A stretch of DNA of 64,000 nt from an uncultured Chloroflexota bacterium (lineage in GTDB: Bacteria; Chloroflexota; Dehalococcoidia; UBA2979), in contig CAIXBH010000172.1 in assembly GCA_903917615.1 (NCBI GenBank), forward strand, positions 5,898 through 69,897. The letters are read 5' to 3'. Each line of letters opens with the position of its first letter. The first letter of the stretch is position 1. A program made the position numbers and the translations under genes. Positions 33,400-43,637 of the stretch are shown piece after piece. Below the pieces are notes generated by a model. The model searched no databases and had not been told where the DNA came from. It worked only from the letters and a program-made list of their open reading frames with translations.

Positions 33400-35226
33400 A
33401 TGCAGAGCCTTCTCCGACTGATCCCGTACCTCCAGCGCTACAAATGGCAGGCGGTCACCGCGTGGGTGTCCGTGTTCATCTCTGGCGCGCTGGTGCAGTT
33501 CAGCCCGCAGCTCGTGCGGTACGCGCTCAACCAGGGGCTGCAGCCGGTCTACGACGCCAATCACGTGTTCGTCCGCCTCGACGGCAGCGAGCGCTTCCTC
33601 GTCTACGCGGCGCTCGCGATCGTGGTATTCGCCCTCGGTCGCGGGCTGACGCAGTTCGGCCAGACCTTCCTCGCGGAGTCGCTCGGCCAGAAGGTGTCCT
33701 ACGACATCCGCAACGACGTCTACGACCACATGCAGCACATGTCGTACGCGTTCCACGACAACATCGAGACCGGTCAGATCATGTCGCGCACGACGCAGGA
33801 CGTGGAGAACATCCGCATGTTCTTCGCGCAGGCGTTGTTCCGCATGGTCTACATCGCCGTCCTCGTCATGGTCAGCCTCGGTTTCATGTTCGCCATCAAC
33901 TGGCGGCTCGCGCTGGTCAGCATGGTCACGATGCCCATCGTCATCTGGCGGTCGGTGGTCTTTCAATCGCGCGTCCGCCCCATCTGGCTCGGCATCCAGC
34001 AGAGCCTCGCCGAGGTGACGCAGACCGCTGACGAGTCCCTCACCGGCATTCGCGTCGTGAAGGCGTTCAGCCGCGAGGACTGGGAGAGCGAGAAGTTCCG
34101 GGTGAAGGTGCAGGCGCAGGCCGACCTCAACCTGAAGCAGGCCGTGCAGATGGCGTCCAACCAGCCGATGCTGCAGAGCCTCGGCTTCGCGCAGATCGCG
34201 CTCACGACCGGTGTCGGCGCGCTGCTCATCGCTCGAGGCCAGCTCACCGCGCCGGACGTGCTCGCCTTCGCCCTCTGGCTGAACGCGCTCCAGTTGCCGC
34301 TGCGGACCATCGGACAGCTCGTGAACGCGGCAGCGCGATGCGTTTCCTCGGCCGAACGTGTCTTCGAACTCATGGACGCGCAGTCCGACGTGCAGGATGG
34401 ACCGGGCGCCACTGAGTTGACGCATGTCGATGGGCACGTGCGGTTCGAGCACGTCTCGTTCGGGTACGGCAAGAACGCGGCAGTGTTGTCGGACGTCGAC
34501 ATCGACGCCCAGCCGGGGCAGGTTGTCGCACTCCTCGGTCCGGCCGGCAGCGGCAAGTCGACCGTGGTGAACCTGATCCCGCGGTTCTACGACGTCTCGA
34601 GTGGCGCGATCACGATCGACGGCAAGGACGTGAAGTCGATCACCCTCGACTCCCTGCGCAAGAACATCGGCATCGTCCAGCAGGACCTCTTCCTGTTCGT
34701 GGGGACCATCCGCGACAACATCGCCTACGGGCGCCCCGGCGCGACGCAGGAAGAGATCGAGAGCGCGGCGAAGGTCGCGCGCATCCACGACTTCATCGTG
34801 AGCCTGCCGTCCGGGTACGACGAGTGGGTTGGCGAGCGTGGCGTCACGCTATCGGGCGGTCAGAAGCAGCGCATCGCGATTGCGCGCACGCTCCTGCTCG
34901 ACCCGCGCATCCTGATCTTCGATGACTCGACCGCGAGCGTGGACACGCAGACCGAGTTCCTCATCCTGCAAGCGCTGCAGGACCTGATGCAGGGGCGGAC
35001 GACGTTCGTGATCGCCCAGCGCCTGCGCACGGTCATGCGCGCCGACCAGATCGTGGTCCTCGACCATGGCCGCGTCGTGCAGCGTGGGACGCACGCCGAG
35101 TTGCTGCTGCAGGACGGTCTGTATCGCCAGATCTTCGATCTCGAACTGAAGGATCAGGAAGAGGCACTTGGCCAGGTGACCGAGAGCCGCCGCGCCGACG
35201 CGACCAGTGTCCGAGGAGCCGAGTAA
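33400..35226 (+). CDS. ABC exporter fused TMD-NBD, degenerate-site half
   Basis: TM domain; GPAGSGKS, LSGGQKQR, ILIFDD (E to D), IAQR (H to Q). Confidence 0.95.
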   Translation: MQSLLRLIPYLQRYKWQAVTAWVSVFISGALVQFSPQLVRYALNQGLQPVYDANHVFVRLDGSERFLVYAALAIVVFALGRGLTQFGQTFLAESLGQKVSYDIRNDVYDHMQHMSYAFHDNIETGQIMSRTTQDVENIRMFFAQALFRMVYIAVLVMVSLGFMFAINWRLALVSMVTMPIVIWRSVVFQSRVRPIWLGIQQSLAEVTQTADESLTGIRVVKAFSREDWESEKFRVKVQAQADLNLKQAVQMASNQPMLQSLGFAQIALTTGVGALLIARGQLTAPDVLAFALWLNALQLPLRTIGQLVNAAARCVSSAERVFELMDAQSDVQDGPGATELTHVDGHVRFEHVSFGYGKNAAVLSDVDIDAQPGQVVALLGPAGSGKSTVVNLIPRFYDVSSGAITIDGKDVKSITLDSLRKNIGIVQQDLFLFVGTIRDNIAYGRPGATQEEIESAAKVARIHDFIVSLPSGYDEWVGERGVTLSGGQKQRIAIARTLLLDPRILIFDDSTASVDTQTEFLILQALQDLMQGRTTFVIAQRLRTVMRADQIVVLDHGRVVQRGTHAELLLQDGLYRQIFDLELKDQEEALGQVTESRRADATSVRGAE

Positions 35227-37199
35227 TGGGCATGTGGGGTGGCGCCGGGGCGTCCGGCTGGAGCCAGAACATCGGTGGTGGGCGCATGGGGCCGGGCGGC
35301 GCCGGTCGAGGCGCCGACGGCTGGGACGATGACGCCCTCGGTAAGGTCTACGACGCCGAGCTCATCAAGAAGCTCCGTCCGTACCTGCGTCCCTACAAGT
35401 GGCAGGTGACGCTGGCGTTTCTCGCGATGACCGTCCAGGCGACGACGAATTACATGCAGCCGCTGGTGATCGGCCTCACCGTTGGCGCCGGCGTGCGTGG
35501 CGATCAGCGCCAGGTCCTCATCCTGCTTGGCGTGCTCGCCGGCATGGCTGCAGCGGGCTGGTTTGGGCTCTATACGCAGCAGATCCTCATCAACACGGTC
35601 GGCAACAAGCTGCTCGTGAAGATCCGCACGGACATGTACGAGCACATGCAGAGCCTCTCCCTCTCGTTCTACGACGAGATGGAAGTCGGACGGATGATCA
35701 GCCGTCTGACCAGCGACGTGACCGTGATCCAGGACCTGCTGACGAGCGGCTCGCTGAACTTCGCAGCGGACATCGTCGGCCTTGGGATCGTCATCGCCGT
35801 AGTCGTGAAGCTCGACCCGATGCTCGCGCTCGTGACGTTCGCAATCGTCCCGCCGCTGATCATCGCGCTCGCGGTCTGGTCGAAGCACGCGAAGGCCGCG
35901 TTCGTCGATGTCCGGGTGAAGGTGAGCGCGCTCTACGGGACGCTCGCCGAGAACCTTTCGGGCGTCCGCGCCGTGCAATCGATGTCGCGCGAGGGCGAGA
36001 ACAGCCGCCGCTTCGACCGCCTGAACCAGGAGAACCGCAACGCGGCGATCTGGGCCGGCATGCTGAGCGCCGCGGTGCTGCCCGTGGTCGAGATCGCGGT
36101 GGCCGTGGCGACGACCGGCGTCATCATCGTCGGCGGCCTTCGCGCGCTACACGCGCGCGACGTCGACGTGGCGAATCTGTACGTCCTGCTGACCTCGTTC
36201 ACGCTCTACGTGGGGCGTTTCTTCGACCCGATCCGCGACCTCGTCCTGCAGTACACGATGGTCCAGCGCGCGATGGCCGGTGGACAGCGCGTGTTCGAGG
36301 TGCTCGACACGAAGCCGCGCATCGTCGACAGCCCGAACGCGATCGAGCTCGAGGATGTCGAGGGACGCGTCGACTTCGACCACGTCTACTTCCACTACGT
36401 GGAGGGCGTGCCGATCCTGCAGGACATCGACCTGCACGTGGCGCCGGGCGAGACGATCGCCTTCGTCGGGCACACCGGCGCGGGCAAGACCACCATCACG
36501 TCGCTCGTCAGCCGCGGCTACGAAGTCACTGGCGGGGCGATTCGGATCGACGGCCACGACCTGCGCGACATCAAGCGCCGGTCGCTGACGCGGCACATGG
36601 GCGTGGTGTTGCAGACGCCCTACCTGTTCAGCGGCACGATCGCCGAGAACATCTCGTATGGCTTCGAGGTCACGCAGGAGCAGATCGAGACTGCGGCCCG
36701 CGCTGTCGGGGCGGACGAGTTCATCTCGCGCCTGCCGCAGGGGTACAACACCATGCTGCGCGCGGGCGGGCAGAACTTCTCGCTCGGTCAGCGCCAGCTG
36801 ATCTCGTTCGCGCGGGCGATCCTCGCCTCGCCGAGGATCCTCGTATTGGATGAGGCTACTGCCTACGTCGACACGCAGACCGAGGCGATCATCCAGCGGG
36901 CGCTCCGGGAACTGCTGAAGGGCCGGACGTCGTTCGTGATCGCGCACCGACTGTCCACGATCCGCGAAGCGGACCGGATCGTCGTCCTCGATCTCGGCAA
37001 GGTGGTGGAGATCGGCACGCACGATGAACTGCTCGCGAAGGGCGGCGTCTACGCCAACCTGTACCGGATGACGTACGAGAGCGAGCAGGCGGAGCACGCC
37101 GCCGAGGAGATCGGCGAGGACGCCGCGATCGCTCGCCGTCGCCGCGGCGATGTCCTCGGTGCGGAAGAGCCCGCCTCGTCGCCGGTGGCCGGCGCCTAG
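35226..37199 (+). CDS. ABC exporter fused TMD-NBD, consensus-site half
   Basis: GHTGAGKT, FSLGQRQ, ILVLDE, IAHR; TAATG coupling to its partner (heterodimeric exporter). Confidence 0.95.
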   Translation: MGMWGGAGASGWSQNIGGGRMGPGGAGRGADGWDDDALGKVYDAELIKKLRPYLRPYKWQVTLAFLAMTVQATTNYMQPLVIGLTVGAGVRGDQRQVLILLGVLAGMAAAGWFGLYTQQILINTVGNKLLVKIRTDMYEHMQSLSLSFYDEMEVGRMISRLTSDVTVIQDLLTSGSLNFAADIVGLGIVIAVVVKLDPMLALVTFAIVPPLIIALAVWSKHAKAAFVDVRVKVSALYGTLAENLSGVRAVQSMSREGENSRRFDRLNQENRNAAIWAGMLSAAVLPVVEIAVAVATTGVIIVGGLRALHARDVDVANLYVLLTSFTLYVGRFFDPIRDLVLQYTMVQRAMAGGQRVFEVLDTKPRIVDSPNAIELEDVEGRVDFDHVYFHYVEGVPILQDIDLHVAPGETIAFVGHTGAGKTTITSLVSRGYEVTGGAIRIDGHDLRDIKRRSLTRHMGVVLQTPYLFSGTIAENISYGFEVTQEQIETAARAVGADEFISRLPQGYNTMLRAGGQNFSLGQRQLISFARAILASPRILVLDEATAYVDTQTEAIIQRALRELLKGRTSFVIAHRLSTIREADRIVVLDLGKVVEIGTHDELLAKGGVYANLYRMTYESEQAEHAAEEIGEDAAIARRRRGDVLGAEEPASSPVAGA

Positions 37200-37302
37200 T
37201 TCGCATCTGTTGGCGCGCGGGACTTGTCGGAGGGGGTAGTATCCCCCTCGGCCCAGTGGCCATTGCCAGACACATCGCACGCACGTGCTTGAGGAGGACT
37301 GC

Positions 37303-38097
37303 ATGATTGACTACGGCATCGCCGGGAAGACCGCGATTGTCACGGGCGGCAGCCGCGGCATCGGCCGCGCCTGCGCCATGGCGCTCGCCAGCCAGGGCGT
37401 GAACGTCGCGATCACCGCGCGACGCGAGAACCTGCTGGAGGAGGCCGCGGCCGACATCCGCAAGGAGACCGGCGGCAAGGTCCTCGTCGTCCCCGCGGAC
37501 ATGACCTCGACCGAGGATGTGAAGGGCATGGTCGCGAAGGTCGTCGCGGAGTTCGGCGGGGTGGACATCCTCGTCAACAACGCCGCGAGCTTCCCGTACG
37601 GCACGGCGCTGCAGCTTTCCGTGGACGACTGGATCGCGCACTTCAACGTGAAGGCATTCGGGTACCTCCGGACGATGTTCGAGGTCTACCCGCTGATGCA
37701 GAAGAACCACTGGGGCCGCATCATCAACATCGCCGGGCAGGCTGCCCGTGCGGGCGGCGGCAGCGCCGGCGCGAACAACTCCGCCATCATCAACATGACG
37801 AAGGCATTTGCGCTCGACCTGGCGAAGGACGGCATCACCGCCAACGCCGTGCACCCGGGCGGCCCGGCCGACACCGACCGCGAGCCGATGAAGCACGAGT
37901 ACGACTCGCTGCAGACGGGGCGAAGCGTCGAGGAGATCGCGGCGGAGGCTGCGCGCAACATCCCGCCGATCGGTCGTCGCATCGTCTCCGCTGACCCGGC
38001 GAAGATCGTGCTGTTCCTCGCGTCGATGCAGGCGGACTGCATCACCGGCGAGACGCTCGCGATCAACGCCGGTGCCGACCGGACCGTCATCTACTAG
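37303..38097 (+). CDS. SDR family oxidoreductase (no YxxxK)
   Basis: TGGSRGIG, DILVNNAA, GRIINI, ANAVHPG, ITGETL; GAGGAGG RBS. Confidence 0.9.
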   Translation: MIDYGIAGKTAIVTGGSRGIGRACAMALASQGVNVAITARRENLLEEAAADIRKETGGKVLVVPADMTSTEDVKGMVAKVVAEFGGVDILVNNAASFPYGTALQLSVDDWIAHFNVKAFGYLRTMFEVYPLMQKNHWGRIINIAGQAARAGGGSAGANNSAIINMTKAFALDLAKDGITANAVHPGGPADTDREPMKHEYDSLQTGRSVEEIAAEAARNIPPIGRRIVSADPAKIVLFLASMQADCITGETLAINAGADRTVIY

Positions 38098-38121
38098 CGC
38101 GCGCGCGAGGCGACTCGTCCC

Positions 38122-39042
38122 GTGACGACTGTGCGAGGGCATCGACGATTCCGGATCGTCGGTGCCCTCCTCGCGTTGCTCGTGCTCGCGGCCGTCGCGC
38201 TCGCGTATGTGGGCTGGGTCGGCTCAGAGAAGGCGATCCATCCGCCGGCCCCGACGGAGGTGCCCCGCGTCACGGACTATCGCTTGACGCTACAGGAGGT
38301 TTCGTTCAGCTCGCGTGACGGCACGCGGCTTGCCGGGTGGTTCATCGCTGCCCCAACGGGCGTGCGGCAAGCGCCGACGGTGGTGCTGTTGCACGGCTAC
38401 GGCGGCCAGAAGGAGGAGCTGCTTCCCCACGCGCAGTACCTCTCCGCGCAGGGCTACAACCTGCTGCTGTTCGACTTCCGTGCACGGGGAGCGTCAGGCG
38501 GGAACGCTGTCACGGTTGGCGCGCTGGAGCGCGGCGATGCGCTGGGCGCGCTGGACTACCTCGGCCAGCGGGGCGACATCGATATGAAGCGCGTCGGGCT
38601 GCAGGGCGGCTCGATGGGCGCAGCTGTGGCGGTCATGGTCGCCGCCGATGACCCGCGGGTCGCCGGTGTGATCGCCGAGGCCCCCTTCAAGGACGTCCCC
38701 ACCGAGGTCTCCGGCTCATTCGAGCGCCGGATCGGCCTGCCCGCGTTCCCGTTCGCGCCGATCACGGTCTGGATTGCCGAGCTCCGCGCCGGGACCCGCA
38801 TCGACGACGTCTCTCCGATCCGCGCGGTGCCGCACCTTGAGGGGCGGCCGCTGCTCGTGATCGACGATGAGCGTGACACAGCCATCGCGCCGGGCAGCGC
38901 GAAGGCCGTGTTCGAAGCGGCGCGCGAGCCCAAGCGCTACTACCTCGCTCCCGGTGCGGCGCACGGCCGGGGTCATCGCGACGCGGGATCGGCCTTCGAC
39001 GCGCAGGTCATCGACTTCTGGCGAGGTGTGTTCGGCCCGTAA
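38122..39042 (+). CDS. Membrane-anchored alpha/beta hydrolase
   Basis: N-terminal TM, LLHGY, FDFRARG, GGSMG, GAAHG. Confidence 0.9.
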   Translation: MTTVRGHRRFRIVGALLALLVLAAVALAYVGWVGSEKAIHPPAPTEVPRVTDYRLTLQEVSFSSRDGTRLAGWFIAAPTGVRQAPTVVLLHGYGGQKEELLPHAQYLSAQGYNLLLFDFRARGASGGNAVTVGALERGDALGALDYLGQRGDIDMKRVGLQGGSMGAAVAVMVAADDPRVAGVIAEAPFKDVPTEVSGSFERRIGLPAFPFAPITVWIAELRAGTRIDDVSPIRAVPHLEGRPLLVIDDERDTAIAPGSAKAVFEAAREPKRYYLAPGAAHGRGHRDAGSAFDAQVIDFWRGVFGP

Positions 39043-39084
39043 GGCACCGCCGCGCCATACTCCTCGAAGGGACGAGGAGACGCG

Positions 39085-39657
39085 ATGCTGCAGAACGACA
39101 CCCAGGCGATCATCTTCACGGGTGTCGCGACGCTCTTCTTCGGGTTCGCTGCGGGCGCCGCCGTGAACTGGTACCTCAACAAGGTGGGCTCGCCGCTCGT
39201 CGCGGAACTTCGGGGCAGCCTGACGTTCATTTCCTCGATCGTCGGCGACGGGGTCCTGCTTCCCATCGTGAACATGGTGATCGTCGCGTTCCTCCTCCGG
39301 GAGCGCGCGCTGATCTCGAACAACGTGTGGGGCATCTCGCTGGTGCTCGGCCTGTGCGTGACCGCGTACTTCCACATCGTGCAGGCGGCGCGTGGGCTGG
39401 TGAACTGGACGATGCCCACACCGTGGCACTGGAACATCCTCGGCGTGTGGCACGCGATCTACATGTTCTCGGTTGCGACGCTCGTCTCGATGTTCTTCGT
39501 CGTCGTGGCACTCGCGGCGCTCGCCGGGCACGCCCCGTGGGTGGCGCTGGGCATCGTGAGCGCCGGGATCGTGGCGTTCTTCTTCCTGCTGCGGCTGGAT
39601 TACGCGGCGGTCGAATGGGGCGCGCTGCTCCCCGGCCACGACGAGGACAAGTCCTAG
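39085..39657 (+). CDS. Hypothetical integral membrane protein (about 5 TM)
   Basis: GAGGAG RBS; hydrophobic helices with polar GDG..LP, NWTMP, WH residues. Confidence 0.8.
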   Translation: MLQNDTQAIIFTGVATLFFGFAAGAAVNWYLNKVGSPLVAELRGSLTFISSIVGDGVLLPIVNMVIVAFLLRERALISNNVWGISLVLGLCVTAYFHIVQAARGLVNWTMPTPWHWNILGVWHAIYMFSVATLVSMFFVVVALAALAGHAPWVALGIVSAGIVAFFFLLRLDYAAVEWGALLPGHDEDKS

Positions 39658-39669
39658 CCCACTGAGGGC

Positions 39670-40455
39670 CTAGCCCCGGCGTCGCGCCTCCACGGCCGCG
39701 TCCACCTCCGCGCGGAACGTGTCCGCACCGAGGCGCAGCAGCCCCAGCGACGCGATGGTAACGAAGTTCGCACCGGCCTCGATGAGGGCGGCAACGCCAG
39801 CGGCGTCGGTCGCGGCGTTTCCGCCGATGCCCGCGTGCTTGCCGGCGGTGCGGACGCGCCGGACGACGCCGTCCATCACCCGGCGGACCTCAGCGACTGG
39901 CGGGTTGCCGAGGCTCTGTCCGAGGTCGCTCGCGGCGGTGTGGATCACGTCCACGCCCGGCACGGCGAGGATCTCGTCGAGGTTCGCAATCGCCTCGGTC
40001 TCCTCGCACATCGGGATGACGAGCAACTGCTCGTTGATCCACTTCGCCGTCTCCACGCGGCCCGCCGCCACGTTGTACTCATGTGCCCGACCGCCCGCCG
40101 CGCCCCGGTGGCCTTCCGGGAAGTAGCGCGCGGCGGTGGTCACCGCCTCCGCCTGCGCACGCGTGTTCACGTGCGGCACGATGATGCCCTGGACGCCGCG
40201 GTCGAGGTGGCGAAGGATCGTCCCGTCGCTGTGGTCCGGTACGCGGACGATCGGCGTGATGTCGTACGCCTCGGCGGCGCGGACGAGCTGCTCGAGCTCG
40301 CTCAGGGTGATTGAGCCGTGCTCGCAGTCGAAGAAGACGAAGTCGTAGCCGATCGCGCCGAGGAGCTCGACCGTCTCCGGCGCGAAGCCGCTGACGATGC
40401 CGCCGAAGACGACCTTTCCCTCCGCGAGCTTGGCCTTGGTCGTATTGATGCGCAT
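39670..40455 (-). CDS. HpcH/HpaI aldolase family protein
   Basis: YDFVFFDCEHG, PIVRVP, LDRGVQGIIVPHV, RYFPEGHRG, MCEE, SDL. Confidence 0.92.
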   Translation of the reverse strand: MRINTTKAKLAEGKVVFGGIVSGFAPETVELLGAIGYDFVFFDCEHGSITLSELEQLVRAAEAYDITPIVRVPDHSDGTILRHLDRGVQGIIVPHVNTRAQAEAVTTAARYFPEGHRGAAGGRAHEYNVAAGRVETAKWINEQLLVIPMCEETEAIANLDEILAVPGVDVIHTAASDLGQSLGNPPVAEVRRVMDGVVRRVRTAGKHAGIGGNAATDAAGVAALIEAGANFVTIASLGLLRLGADTFRAEVDAAVEARRRG

Positions 40456-40577
40456 CGTCTCCCCTTCGCCATGTCCGTTCGGCGCGAGTGTAGCGAGCGC
40501 ACGCCCTCGACGGGCGGCCGTCCGCTCTGGTACGAAGGGCCCGTAACGCCGCCTGCGGGCGGTCGAGGAGGAACGTC

Positions 40578-41054
40578 ATGCCACCGGAGATTCGCCGCAT
40601 CGTCACGGGCCACAACGCGCAGGGGAAGGCCATCGTGCTGTACGACGGCATCGTGCCGACCGCGTCGGCGCGACCGGGGGCGCAGCGCGGCTCGCTGTGG
40701 TCATCGGTCGGGTTCCCGCTCAACAACGACGGAGCCGAAGACGAGGCGCTGCGCGAAGTCGGCACCACGATCGACGGCGGCACCGTGTTCCGCTTCGTCT
40801 CGTTCGAGCCCGGGAACGCCCCGCGGATGCATCGGACAGACTCGACCGACTACGCGATCGTGATGTCCGGCGAGATCGACATGGTGCTCGACGACGACGT
40901 CACGGTGCACGTGAAGGCGGGCGATGTCATCGTGCAGCGGGGGACGATCCATAACTGGCTGAACCACGGCACCGAGCCGTGCGTGATCGCCTTCATCCTC
41001 ATCGCCGCGAAGCCAGTTGAGGTGGGCGGACAGGTTCTCCACGCTCAGGGGTAG
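40578..41054 (+). CDS. Cupin domain protein
   Basis: RRIVTGHN, MHRTDSTDY, GDVIVQRGTIHNWLN. Confidence 0.92.
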   Translation: MPPEIRRIVTGHNAQGKAIVLYDGIVPTASARPGAQRGSLWSSVGFPLNNDGAEDEALREVGTTIDGGTVFRFVSFEPGNAPRMHRTDSTDYAIVMSGEIDMVLDDDVTVHVKAGDVIVQRGTIHNWLNHGTEPCVIAFILIAAKPVEVGGQVLHAQG

Positions 41055-41151
41055 GCTGCGTTCCCAGGCGCTCGGTCACGCGTGCGCGGGGGTCTATGAT
41101 GCGCCGCGGCAGCCGAGGACTTCGATGGCCCGGTGAGCGGAGGTGCCCGCG

Positions 41152-42501
41152 ATGACGAACCTGCCCCAGGCGGCTGTGCGCGCGCCCCGCTTCTTCTACG
41201 GCTGGGTCGTCGTGGGGGTCTGCTTCCTCGCGCAATTCGGTGGCACGATCACCGGCACCTACGGGCTTGCGGCGCTCCTCGTGCCGATGTCGCAGGACAC
41301 CGGCTGGAGCCAGACGCAGATCATCGGCGTGAACCTCCCGGCGTCGATCACGTCCGCGCTCGTGTCGCCGTTCTTCGGGCGGATCGCGGACCGCTACGGC
41401 ACCCGGGCGCCGATGACGTTCGCGGCGCTTCTCGGTGGCATCACGATCATCTCGATCGCGTGGGTGCATGACCTCTGGGTGTACTACCTCGTCTTCGGAC
41501 TCGTGAACGGCGTGACCCGCCCGATGGTGCAGGTCATCGGGGTCTCGCAGGGTGTGGCGCACTGGTTCGTGAAGCGACGGGCGCTGGCAGCCGGCATCGT
41601 GTCCATCGCGATTCCGATTTCCGGGTTCTTCGGCGTCCCGCTGGCCACCGCGCTCGTGATCCAGTTCGGTTGGCGCGGCACCTGGGTCGTACTCGGCGCG
41701 ATCCTGATCGTCCTCGTCGCTGCCCCCACGTGGTTCCTCTGGAAGTCGCGGCCCGAGGAGATGGGGCTGCTTCCGGACGGCGAGGTCACCCCTGCGAGTC
41801 CCACCGAGTCTGCCGTGGTAGCGGCGCCGAAGGCCCCGGGGCGCTGGGGACGGTTCTCGCATTACCGTACCGAGATCGAATGGGCTCCGAGCGAGGCGAT
41901 CAAGACGCCGGTCTTCTGGGTGCTGGCGGTCATCCTCCCGATCATCGCGCTGGCCGGGCCGGCGTTCACGACGCTCGTGGTGGCGTTCTTCCGCGGTCGC
42001 GGGCTCAGTCCGGCGGCGGCAGCGTTTGCCTCGAGTAGCTTCGTGGTTGGGACGTTCTTCGCGCGCTTCATGTGGGGCTACCTGGGCGCGCGGCTGCACA
42101 TCCAGTACTGCTACGTCGTGCTCGGACTGATCGCTACGGCGGCCACTACGCTCATCGTGGTCGCTCCCGGCATCCGGATGACGTACGTGTCCGTGGCATT
42201 CCTCGGCACCGCCGCGGGCGGCCTGCTCCAGCTGCAGCTGCAGATCTGGCCCGATTACTTCGGCCGGGAAGGCATCGGCACGCTGCGGGGCTACTCCGCG
42301 CCCTTCCAGATCCTCGGCACCACGCTCGGCCCGCTGTTCGCCGCCTTCGTCCACGACCGGACCGGTTCCTATGACCGCGCGTTGCTGCTCTACGCGGCGA
42401 TCAGCGCGGTCTGCGTGGTGATCATGCTGGTCGCCGGTGGCCCACCGAAATATCGCGGGGCCGCTGCGGGCAGCGCGTCGAGCCCCGCGCAGGGCGGTTG
42501 A
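41152..42501 (+). CDS. MFS transporter (OFA/MCT-like)
   Basis: FFYGWVVV, GRIADRYGTR, WFVKRRA, DYFGRE; GGAGGT RBS. Confidence 0.92.
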   Translation: MTNLPQAAVRAPRFFYGWVVVGVCFLAQFGGTITGTYGLAALLVPMSQDTGWSQTQIIGVNLPASITSALVSPFFGRIADRYGTRAPMTFAALLGGITIISIAWVHDLWVYYLVFGLVNGVTRPMVQVIGVSQGVAHWFVKRRALAAGIVSIAIPISGFFGVPLATALVIQFGWRGTWVVLGAILIVLVAAPTWFLWKSRPEEMGLLPDGEVTPASPTESAVVAAPKAPGRWGRFSHYRTEIEWAPSEAIKTPVFWVLAVILPIIALAGPAFTTLVVAFFRGRGLSPAAAAFASSSFVVGTFFARFMWGYLGARLHIQYCYVVLGLIATAATTLIVVAPGIRMTYVSVAFLGTAAGGLLQLQLQIWPDYFGREGIGTLRGYSAPFQILGTTLGPLFAAFVHDRTGSYDRALLLYAAISAVCVVIMLVAGGPPKYRGAAAGSASSPAQGG

Positions 42502-42598
42502 CGGGCGCGGACGGGCGTCGCACAGTGCGGCGGGCGGCGCGCATGGGTGCGCGGCCGCGCGGCCGCAATCCGCGTTCGAGCAGGAGGAGGGGAATCGC

Positions 42599-43552
42599 AT
42601 GGCCGACTTCACCGAGATCGTGAACATGCACACGCATCTCTGCCGCGATCTGCAGCAGGAGAAGCAGGTGTACCCGCACAAGGGCTGGCCGGACGACTGG
42701 TACGTCGGGAGCCCCGACCGAATGATCCCAAACATGAACGCCACGGGCGTGTCCTACATCGTGACGATGAACGTCATGGACACGATCGCCATGGTGGACG
42801 CCCGCATCCGTCGCGCTCGCCAGCAGGGCGCATCCGAGGAGGAGATCGCGAAGGCGCGCATCGACCTCAAGGAGGACATGCGGCAGCGCGCGCGCGAAAT
42901 GAACGACTGGTCGATCGAGGCGCAGAACAAAGAGCCGCGCCTTGTCACCTACATGATGATCGACCCGATCCTCATGGGTGAGACGACGATGGAAGAGTTC
43001 GAGCGCTGCGTCGCCCTCGGTGCCAAGGGCGTGAAAGTGCACCCGGACATCTACGAGCACCTGCCCGACCACCCCCTGATGATGCCGATCTACGAGCGGT
43101 GCCAGGAGCTCGGGTTGGGCGTGCTGAGCGACAGCCGTAATGGCGAGTTCGGGCAGCCCAACGGCTGGATCCCCGTGCTCAAGACCTTCCCGCACCTGAA
43201 GTTCATCATGGCTCACCTCTGCGACGAGATGTGGGACGACCGCATCGACCTCGCCCGCCAGTTCCCCGACAACCTCTGGTTCGACATGTCGAGCGGGCTC
43301 GTCGACGAGCACCACCCTGCGGGCGGTCACGGCTGCATGCCGACCACCCAAGCCGTGCGCGTATTCCGCAAGGTTGGGACCGAGCGGATCATGTACGGCT
43401 CCGACGGTCGGCCGGGCGGCGACGCGCTGTACGGCGCGCGGCAGGTGCAGGAGCTTCCCTTCACAGACGCCGAGAAGGAGGCGATCCTCGCCGGCAACGC
43501 CAAGAAGTTCTTCGGCCTGCCGAACCTCGACTGGAGCAAGATCCAGCGGTAG
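42599..43552 (+). CDS. Amidohydrolase_2 family metal-dependent hydrolase
   Basis: NMHTH, GVKVHP, IMAHL, MYGSDG, AILAGNA. Confidence 0.88.
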   Translation: MADFTEIVNMHTHLCRDLQQEKQVYPHKGWPDDWYVGSPDRMIPNMNATGVSYIVTMNVMDTIAMVDARIRRARQQGASEEEIAKARIDLKEDMRQRAREMNDWSIEAQNKEPRLVTYMMIDPILMGETTMEEFERCVALGAKGVKVHPDIYEHLPDHPLMMPIYERCQELGLGVLSDSRNGEFGQPNGWIPVLKTFPHLKFIMAHLCDEMWDDRIDLARQFPDNLWFDMSSGLVDEHHPAGGHGCMPTTQAVRVFRKVGTERIMYGSDGRPGGDALYGARQVQELPFTDAEKEAILAGNAKKFFGLPNLDWSKIQR

Positions 43553-43577
43553 GTCGAGTCGCACCGTTGATGCTCAC

Positions 43578-43607
43578 CGGGGCCTCCCGCATGCGCGGGG
43601 GGCCTCG
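43578..43607 (+). terminator. Hairpin after the amidohydrolase gene
   Basis: CGGGGCCTCCCGC-ATGC-GCGGGGGGCCTCG. Confidence 0.55.
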
Positions 43608-43637
43608 TGCGCTACGGGAGACGATAGGGGAGCGGCA

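Noticed and set aside
33400..37199. Degenerate Walker B and H-switch in the first ABC half taken as a pseudogene sign
   Set aside because: Normal asymmetry of heterodimeric exporters such as TM287/288 and TmrAB
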